Below, piece by piece: positions 39,911 through 64,000 of a DNA stretch of 64,000 nucleotides. The DNA comes from Antedon mediterranea (taxonomy: Eukaryota; Animalia; Echinodermata): assembly GCF_964355755.1 (NCBI RefSeq), contig NC_092672.1:620001-684000 (forward strand). Reading direction: 5' to 3'. The notes under the pieces are model-generated. The model was not told the origin of the DNA, ran no database searches, and worked only from the letters and a program-made list of their open reading frames with translations. Position numbers and translations under genes: made by a program. Within the stretch, counting starts at the first letter, position 1. Every line of letters starts with the position of its first letter.

Positions 39911-42206
39911 TTTCAAGAATAATTTAATCAATTTTTTGAAGAGCAAATGTATTTGAAGTTTATTTTTCATTACCAGCTTTATTCTAAAATGAGTGAATAT
40001 GCTAATTGCTAAGGTACTTTACTTAATTTTAAAGTTTGTATCTAATTGCAAAGGTGTTAAATAAGAAATACTTTGATTTTGATGAGTGTAGTAATTGAAT
40101 TACATTTTATTATTATTATTTTTGTTTATTATTATTTTTTAAGTGCAATATTAGCGTTGACACATTTTTAACTCAAGTCATTTCTTGTCTGTAAATTTCT
40201 GAAAGGTTTGTTTTTTTATGAGGTGAAGATAGTATTTGTGTTTGAACCTAAAACATGTCTAAAGTAACTGTATGCATTCTAAACCTGACTTTAAATCGAA
40301 AAATTACAAAGAATTGAAGTAGCTTGTTTACAATCTAGATATGAACTTACAGTTTAAAAAACAAATTATTCTAAAAGAAATTAATTTGAAATGGTATTAT
40401 AATCTACACTTGGACAATTATTTCTGTATGTTTACTAAAAATATGAAAATACCTGTACATGCCTAAAATTAAAAGCCTAATAGACAAGGCATTAACAAAG
40501 AATTTGTGTTATATATGTTGTTAGTATTCCAGTCCAGCTTTTGTCTGTAATCTTCGGTTCAAGTATTTTACGTATGAAACGCCAAGTGTGCCAAATTATT
40601 CATTAGTCAACGCTGACGATTCGTGAGAATAATGTTGCTTCATAGAAAACTGGCTTTAGACAGGATTCGAACCCAGGACCAACGCTACAGAATCATCTTA
40701 ATCATTTTTCTAAAAGAAAAAAAAAGGAATTAGCCAAAAAAAGGTGATTTTCTATACTGAAACGATGCGAGTATTATTAAAATGTAACAAAACGCGTATG
40801 TCTTCTGAAAATGCTTATTTTGTATCAATTTGGTAAAATGATATGACAGTATTTAACTGTTTAATGATCGTAGTTTGTTTGTATAGTGTTAAACGATTCC
40901 CACAACCGTAATCTCTTTATTATTTTTATTATGAAGTGTAAAACAAATGTTATTAGCTTGCTTAGTCCTTGTTCACACGGCCGTGATATCTGTGAGAAAA
41001 ACATGACAAGTTACCTTCTGCCCTTAATATGTAACCTTGGACCTCGCACGTCGTTGCCCAGCAACCAATCAGGCGCTCGCTCAACCAGAATGCCTGTATC
41101 GTTGATCAAATTAATACATTTATTTTCAAATTTCATATGCAAACGTAGACAACAATGAATAGCATTCCCAGCAGACGACCTGCCTAACAGGCGATGCACC
41201 CAGGCGGAATGAAAGGCAACAATAATGGCGTCAGGCGCTCTCACAACCATAGGCCCACAATACATTGATGAAAAGCGCGCTTGAAAAATTTAACTCGCGT
41301 TTTAGTTGGTGATAATACGGTTTACAAGACCAAGGACGAACTTTATACGTCTATATTGACGTGGACACACCTACTCATAAGTGCGCGTACGCGTAGTATA
41401 ATACGCTACAGTAATATAGGAATTACCTATCCTATATTATCTGGCCTACTCGTGTTTTCTTCAGCTATTTAAAAAAAATAAAAGCATACTTAATTTCTGA
41501 TGTAGGCCTATTATTTTTTTTAATTTAAATCACAATATGTCATATCTACTGTATGAGCGAAATAAATTGTTACTCATTGCCAGTTTTCCCAGTTTGCCTT
41601 TTATTTACTATAAAAAACATATATTTACTTTTTGAAATAAGTAGGGCTACAAATTCATAGTTAATGTTGAAACAGTAGAATTAATATTACCATAGATAAA
41701 CATTCACGATATATACGAACGTAGAAGGAGGAATCAAGAACCGCTAGAATTCCAAAACTCTGTAACTGGCATTCAAACTCGATTTTCAATTTATGTAGGC
41801 CTAAAATCGATTTAACTTCGTGAAACACTGAAATACTCGATAAATCAACACATTAATTGGCACCTATAGCAAACCTCTCACTATTTTTCTAAACAAACGT
41901 GGCCAATTTGATATAGTCTGGCTTGGGATGGCCCAGCTGCGTGTATCGCCTACTGTAGTGTCAGCTGTAATAGTACTTTATCCAAAATCCAGCAATTGAA
42001 CCAGAAAATGTTCCTTTTGTTTTCAGCACTTCCACACCCGTGCAACCTGTTGAAGCGTGTAAAAGGACTGTCTAGAAAATCAATCATAAGTTCTATCACA
42101 CGATTAGCAAACTATAATATTTTAAAACACCAATAAAACAAACATTAAAATCTGGTTGAAGCAACTACATACTTTTATCTCCTTTCGCATAATAGAAGTA
42201 TTATAA

Positions 42207-42373
42207 AGATTGGTTCCCAGGAGGAGGACGCGCGCACAGCTGACGACGCAACGTAGACGCACTCGAGTATATTGAACAATGACAAACGACAGTTCCAATC
42301 AATCGATTGTGATTGGTCAAATTACTTGCGTTGCGCTTACGTCCTTGCGCTGCGTGCTAGTGGGAACCAAGCT
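42207..42373. mobile_element. Harbinger/Tourist-like MITE
   Basis: Termini AGATTGGTTCCCA / TGGGAACCAAGCT; related fragments at 21612-21680, 43290-43437 and 44240-44310. Confidence 0.6.
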
Positions 42374-44068
42374 TTATTTTTTTTGAAATGTTAACTTACC
42401 TGTTTTTATTTGGATTTATTAATTCATTGTAAGTTTTAAGCTTGAACTTATATGTAGACTTTCCCATATCAAAATTTCTCGGTTATGAATTCATTCAAAC
42501 TTATTTTGCTGACAAGAAGTTTAATTATTATTCTAATCTAACATGTATCGACTTTTTCGGTGATGATGCTTAGTAGGGTTCTTAAGTTACGATTTGACGG
42601 CTTTGGTCTCTTTAAGTCTTTGAGGTTGACTGATCAGCCTCCTTTGTATGTACAGAGAACCAGACATATCCGTAGCGGTATACACTTACCACATCGTTAC
42701 TTACTGGCTTATGTTTGACTTAACTTTGTTCTCAGTAAGTCAACTTAACCATAGAACTGTATCGAGAAAGTAAATTACTGTAGTAATAGTTAATAGAGTA
42801 AAGTGAAACATATAAGGACTTTTCAATTTTCGACGACCTAGTTAAGTTACGTCATGAGAACATATTGTGCACACGGGGAACATTAGGATGCGCTTTCTCA
42901 CTCAATTCTTTTAAGCTCTCTGTCTACACTACCAAGCTAGTGTGATTAAAAATGGCAGTGATATGCCCAAATATGGTAGTGATATGACATAATCATGCCC
43001 ATATATGGGCACATCACATTTTTGTCAAATAAAGTTTGATTGTGTAGACAAGGCTTAACACAGTTTTAAGTACTCTTAACGGTATTATAGACAGATTCAT
43101 TGATACGCGCGCGTAGCCTACTTAATTAACAGCCATTATGAAGCCTTAATGATCTTCTTTATCTAGTAGAATAACACAAGAATTAATTCATTTAATTTGA
43201 AATTACCACAATTTAGATGCATTAAAGAAGATCATATCGTCAATTATAATATCGCCTTACTTAGCATTATCACGGGATCTATTTGCATTCACTACGGTAG
43301 CGACTAGGACGTAATGCAACGTAAGTGATTTGACCACCCACAAGCGATGGATTATTTATTGTGGCTTTTCATTGGTCAACTCGTCTGCGTTTCGTGTACG
43401 TCCATTTGCTGCGTCTCTAGCAGAGGAACGACGCTTTACCGTTCATCCTGAAACTTAAAAAATGTTATTATTTTCCTCGCACAATGTGAAGGCAAAAAGA
43501 GGCAGATGTCGAGCGGTGAAACAATCATAATGCCTTCTGATGCCTCTTCCACCTGATTTCATCATTCGCTATCTTCTGCCTGGATGCATGTCTTTTAATA
43601 ATTTTAGAAATTTCTTAACGAACAGAATCGATGATAAGATGAAGGTTGAATTGAAAAACGCTATTTCGAGTGAATATGAATTTACATAACATTATTTAAG
43701 TCATTATTAATACATCAATTTGTCCGCTTGTTAATACATACATTTTGTTGGCTTGTTAATACAGTACCAGTATGACCCATACGTTGAAACAGCTTATTTC
43801 GAACTGGGTCCTATTAACCATCAATTACAGTTGACAAAAATACATTGAAAAATTTACGATATATTTAGACGTATGGGCCTACCAACTATGTATTTTTGTG
43901 CCTGAAAATTGAATAAAATAAAATAAAATTAACTTCTTTAGGCTTATGTAAATTAAGACATTTCTCAACCATTGAACCATCTAAGAGTGAATACTGTGTG
44001 AAGCCATATTGTTTCTAATGTATATCCTGGTCCATCTAATGGCAATCTAGTATCAACTTAGGTGTAAA

Positions 44069-44150
44069 CTGCTTTCTCAAACTGAACGAAAGTCCCACCG
44101 ATCTGCAGTTAAGACGATTGGCGAGGCTTTCATTCCATCAGAAAATGCAG
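44069..44150 (-). ncRNA. mir-278: microRNA mir-278 precursor
   Basis: The 3p arm UCGGUGGGACUUUCGUUCAGUU (44101-44080) carries the miR-278 family sequence UCGGUGGGACUUUCGU. The 5p arm UGGAAUGAAAGCCUCGCCAAUC (44137-44116) pairs with it. Basal stem CUGC/GCAG; CNNC motif 16 nt downstream of the 3p end. Confidence 0.92.
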
Positions 44151-47100
44151 AAAGCTGAACAGTACAGGAAAAACGGACTCTGTCTTCTATTCAGTGACTC
44201 CTAAAAGAGTAGATAGTTGAGTGTTCCATTTCGGTTACTTTACTTTTAATTGTCGCTTGTGATTGGTCAAACTATTTGCGTTTTGCGTGCGTCCTTTGCA
44301 CAACAGTTTAGTAACAGAGTGTATTATGATTCTACAAGACAGAGCTGGGAGTATTGGCCTATTGAAGTAATTGATACAGTTGAACATCACGTTGATGATT
44401 GAAAAGAAGTATAATAAGTTATGATAATCGGAGTAATAATTATATTACTTCTTACACTTCCCAATTGCATGCTTAATTTAACAAGTCGCATTTGACCCTA
44501 CGTTGACCCTGTATCTTCTGAACCCATGGAATAAGTGAATTCCCTTTGGGTTCCGTTTGGTTATTGATTACCATGAATATGAATCATTTCTAAAATAAAT
44601 AAATTATAGTTATGAGATTCTTAAATCTATTCTGTTGAAATTTGAAAATACTAATTAATAAAAATCCTACAATTCTTTTCTCCTCTTTTAATTTTATAGG
44701 CCGTCACAGCTAGCTATATAAGCTAATATGCCTAACTACACCGTGGTGGCCTGCAGGATCCAGTTCAATAGGCAAATTTATTTGATATATTATTTCATCT
44801 ACCTTTTTTTGTATCACAAAAAAAAGGAGAAAGTCTGCGCGAGTCGGTCAGATTCGAAAACTAGGTAGTCTCCTGGGCTATTGACTTTTATCCAATCAGA
44901 TCACGGGATTGAGAAAAAAAATCTGACGATCTTTTTACTGCAGATTTTACACAAGACGTTCAAAGTTCAGCATACAAAGAAAGCCAAAACAGTAAGTAAT
45001 TAGCTATTTTAAAAAGTTTGAATACTAAAATATATTATTATTTATTAAGATATATAAATTACATGACATCTAGGCTCCTAGCCTACCGTACATTTATTGT
45101 ATTATATCCTAGGCTAAGCCTCGTGTCCGCTTAAACTTTCGGCAGGCATACTTAGCCACCTTAGGCACGATTATCTTAGCTTAGCCTCGGGCTTAACCTA
45201 GCCTAGGCCACCTTAAGCGTACAACAGGACTGGTAATTTAGTGCCAAAATTTAGGAATCAATTGCAATTGGAGAAATGAATGTGTCGAATATGTGCCAAT
45301 TGATACAAATATTATGTAATTCCAAGGAAATTAATTGCCTTTATTTTGGTTATAAATCTGGAAAATTGGTGATAAAATGGTGGTTTTCGCTCTCCAGCGT
45401 CTGGGGTGGGGACACGCTCTCTGCTTCCTGTGTCTTGAAATAATTTCTATCGCCTGCAGTCTGTGTACTGTTTAATTTGGTTTAGGGAGTTTTCAACGTC
45501 AAGGGTTTATGCAAGCAACCCAACATTAGACTCTAGACCTACTAAAATAATACAATACTAGTAGAACATACTAATAGAAAGATTTTATGATAAAGGCCCA
45601 CCTTATTTTTTTAAACCAAATTGATGGTTTTCTGTACAAATGAAACAATTAATTACATTCCGTTTGATTCCTAATATCAATATTTTGATAACCTCTTTAC
45701 AATGTATTCAAAGCAATTACATATAAATAAATACAATATCTATCTAATACAATAATATAATATATATTATATAAATGTACACCGTACATAACCTACCTGA
45801 AAATACGATATAAGATAGAAAGGGTGTTGGCCTCGTCTACTACATACGCTTTTTGTAATCATAATTATTATCGTCTATTCATACGTATGTACTCTCCTCC
45901 TCGTGCTGTTCAATACATTACCGAGGTTAGATCGATCGAATTTATTACGGTACGATTGATACCATCTCATACCACAATTAAACAATTCTTTCCTGACTTT
46001 AGGTCAAGATTTCAAAATATCAAATGAGAACTCGTTGGCATGGCTATACGCAATTTGATATCAGAATATATAATTATCCAGCATGAAATGATGTTATAAA
46101 TTATAATCCATCACAATGCTGACGCGCACGTGCAATGTTATCAGCGTTTGAACACGTGCAAATTCTACGCGTTGGTGGTGGTGTGGTGAAATTAAAATTT
46201 CACTCTTTCCTGATATAACTAATATTTAATTAATGCTAATTACTATTGACCGTCTACCGTACATTATTAAAAAGAATGATTGTTTAGAACATCATAACAA
46301 CATTTCATGTAAGATAACCTATTTCTTTGTAATGATATAGCCTAATAATTATACTTACCGTTAGAAGTCTCCATCTTGTCTATGTTTTCTTCAGTCGGCG
46401 TTTTCGGCACACATGATATCGAAAGCAAAATGTATGTATACCATCCTTGAAGTTACATTTCTTCTTTGTCCTAACTCTTGTTTGGTGACCATGTCATCTG
46501 TTACTGGCGCTCCAGCAGGGTAAGTGGTACTGAATCATCCGCAATTCTCTTTTATACCAGCAGCAACATTAGCGGTTTTTATTTTCTCATACCAACAGTC
46601 ACTGCCTTTATACACATGTGTGAGTTGCCAATCGGCTTTTGTTCGCTAATTTCTTCAGCAATATTATCGAGTTTTTCACTTGGACGAGTGTTAAAAATGA
46701 ATCAAACGTGATGCAATTGTCATTGGGTCGGCTAACCATTACGTCATTACCATTCAACAGTAGGACATGCTTTAGTTTTTATGCAGTCAAGTTGTTTCCA
46801 GATCGTTGGGCAGTACAGCTGGAGTAGTAAGTCGTTGTAGAATTCTAGTGAGAAAGATCAGATCTCCGGCTTCTACATCCACAACATTTATTTACTGTTT
46901 TATATGTCGTATCTTCATCATAGAGTCTTCAATGTCATCAAAAGGATCAAAGAATCATGCTGCACCACATTGTTAAGCATCGACAATTGTGCTTATTTTT
47001 TCTATGCACAACTTTCTAAATCGAATAGTACAGTATGCCTAACAGTTATAGTAGCTAGACCACCGGAAAGAATAAGCTGCATAATCCTAATCTTAGTTTC

Positions 47101-49200
47101 TTACAATTAAGTACCGTACTTCTATGTACTAAGTTACAATGCGTTATGAATGATATCCTAAATATTATAATAATATATTGAAACAATTATGCAATTTACT
47201 TCCATCTAGTTTATTGCCTTGACCTTATTACCACACGTATGAGTGCATCACAGACCGAGAAACGTATTCTGAATACCGTTTGTAATATTATTAGTTTTTT
47301 AGGCCTATAATAGAAATGTAAACAAATGAACTACGCAAAGGCCGCAATGTATGGATAGGAAGCCATATACAATAATATAAAACTCAAAAAGTGAGGCAAC
47401 TCAATGCGCTCTTGCTAAAGTTCCAATTAACATATAAATCATAGGCATAATTTGGCTGGTCAATTCAATTCAAATTCTTTATTCATCCCGCGTGGGCCAA
47501 TTTCAAAACGAGATGGCTGTGAGAGTTGGTTTCACTTTTTTATATTAGGTCTACGTTATCAACTTTAATGTTAAAATGTGACAATTTCTATTTTTTTTAT
47601 CTTTGTTTGATCACATGGCGTTAGTTATTTTTTTTAGGGTGAGAAGAAATTGTAAAAAAAAACGCCTCATTAATATTAGTGGATTCTCTCAGCCAGTGAA
47701 GTTTCAACTTGCAACAATTTCGATTCAAATTTTGTGAATTTATTTTACGGGGAAGTTGTAGGAAGGCATGATCTCTAACTCTCTTTTTGTTATTCGAAAA
47801 GGCTATAAATAAAGTTGATTTAACTTATAAATGTTTCTTTCTTTGTGATTGTACTCAAATCAAATTTCTTTCAATCCTATTCATTTCTTTCTTGTTTATT
47901 TAAAACATTTGATTTCTCAATTGCCAAAACAAACACTTTTGACATCTGCCCCGAAACCCATCAAACGCCTATGTTCAACGGACCCTCTCACAGCCATCTC
48001 GTTTTGTCTCCTTCTGCTTGGTTTCATCATTTTGTATTTCGTTTACTTTTAGAAATCATGACGCACTGATTCGTGTAATTTGATACGCTATATAGACAAC
48101 CAAAACAACTGAAATCATAACAATCTAGCTTTCTATTGAAATTATTAAAACTGAATCGACTGTTTTGGTAGCGACGACGCATTACTTTGCGAGGTAGACA
48201 CGTGCAGTTGACACCTGTGGAGTGAGGTTGTAGAGCCACGGGACGACGAGCCGAGTTAGGTTGTTATTGATGAATACGATTTGTTCACACGTGTCTGTTA
48301 TGACACCTGGAAACACTAGTAGATTGTTAAGGATGACCGTAGCCAACAGAGGGACGAGACGCAAAGGTTTTCCCACCATTAACAGATGGTGCTTGTCGAC
48401 AGAGATTATATAGAAAACAGATTTATTGTAATCAGCATACAATAATGCGCGTTAAAAAGTTTATAATAATTTTACGCGCGCGTCAACTTTGGGAGTTTAT
48501 GCGTAACGTCACACGAACGAAGTGCGAAGTTACTTAGCGCATATTATCGATTTGTTTAAAATGATTATTGTTTAAAAATCGAAAATGACATAAAATCAGG
48601 ACAGACAGTTTCTTCTCATTGCAGAATTGCTTTTAATACATCCCTCAAATTTACATATAAATCATAATTTGATAAGCACCAAATCTAAATGCTTTATTTA
48701 GTTAAAATAAAAAATAATTAAGAAACATTATTTCTAACTTTTTTATTACCGCACAGTAATTAAGCATCATTCTATAAGATACCAATGATAATGAATGAAA
48801 AATACACGGACAATGATTATTCTCTTTGAAAGAACCGACCTGTAATCGTCAGTAGGCCTACGAGATACACATTTTTTATACCGTACCACTGGAATGTAAT
48901 AATAATATTTCAATAAAATAGTCAATTTAGAAATATATTTAAAAGTAAATTTTACTAAAAGAAAAATTGAAACAAAACACTAAATAATACTTCATAATAT
49001 ATACTATTTATATATTCATTAAAATACCATAGAATTAATCATTTCAATGGAAATATTCCGACATTTAACTTACTTAATTTAGTAAGCAGATGTAATGGTT
49101 TTAATTTAGTAAACATAATAATCTTGTTATGGCTGCTGAAACACGGCCTATAAGTACAATGTTTATAAAATGTGTTCTTTCAGAAGCTTAAGGAGTCTTT

Positions 49201-63443
<14,243 letters not shown>

Positions 63444-63643
63444 CTATAAAGATGAAAATTGTTGAAAATTTAGCTGTAAATATGAAGAGATTAGGAACTT
63501 TTTACACCTACTGAGATTATCCTAAGCTTCATAGAGTCAAAGTGAAATAAATAAAATTGCATTTTAAGAAATACTTTGAACAAGGTACAATTTGTCAACC
63601 TTCATTTGGCTATTCTATTTTTATAATTAAGATGAAACTTTAA

Positions 63644-64000
63644 AGATGTATTGTCCCTTGAAACACAAAAAAATGAAGGTCAAAATATACTAAATTTTAA
63701 TTGGCCATATCAAAGTAATATTAAAGTTATTCACTTTAAGTCGAAAATTCGAGCCAAAAACAACAATTTTACGTAATTAACAGCTAAATTAATTTGATTA
63801 CATTTCGTCTGAATATAGTCGTGAGCGAAAGTAAACAAAGATTTCAAACCATGAGTATACATTATGCATGCTAAATTAGGATTGTTTACAACTCATCACA
63901 GTTGAGAAGGTGTTTTCACACAGATCGCGAGGAAGTTTATGATTATGCATACAGAGTAGCCAAATAAGCGCATTGTATTATAAAATATGTTTTGATCGAA
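63644..64000. mobile_element. Left end of a probable Kolobok-like element
   Basis: TTAA|AGATGTATTGTCCC; the complementary end motif GGGACAAT..TCTT(T)AA is seen at about 2450-2467 and 33443-33459. Confidence 0.5.

Noticed and set aside
42024-42072. Possible second miRNA hairpin
   Set aside because: Arms and loop are too short for a Drosha/Dicer substrate and no known family was recognised.
46359-46374. Possible coding first exon METSN on the minus strand
   Set aside because: No downstream coding exons were found; joining to the candidate acceptor near 42757 gives only a 10-aa peptide.

Overview
AT-rich, intron-rich animal genomic DNA. It is probably an invertebrate deuterostome such as an echinoderm; this is inferred from the miR-278 arms and the vertebrate-like gene structures. 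Five spliced protein genes are present: a PIWI-clade Argonaute (5' part, - strand), CD2BP2 (+), CENP-S/APITD1 (-), mitofusin (+, 17 coding exons) and TRAPPC11 (-, 5' end outside the window). A miR-278 hairpin lies in an ORF-free stretch of about 10 kb between mitofusin and TRAPPC11. Introns carry many minisatellites, non-autonomous DNA transposons (hAT, Kolobok-like, Harbinger-like, Helentron-like), L2/CR1 fragments and tRNA-derived repeats. The most unusual signal is a set of 13-43 bp CA...TG palindromes flanked by 7-8 bp target-site duplications. Three of them interrupt a hAT transposase exon whose frame is restored when they are removed, and three more are stacked at one site as a small repeat-spacer array. 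Also notable are recurrent tandem duplications of real splice donors, a candidate U12 intron in TRAPPC11, and TAGGCCTA-rich tracts in apparent first introns. Exon coordinates were read by eye and may be off by a few bases.
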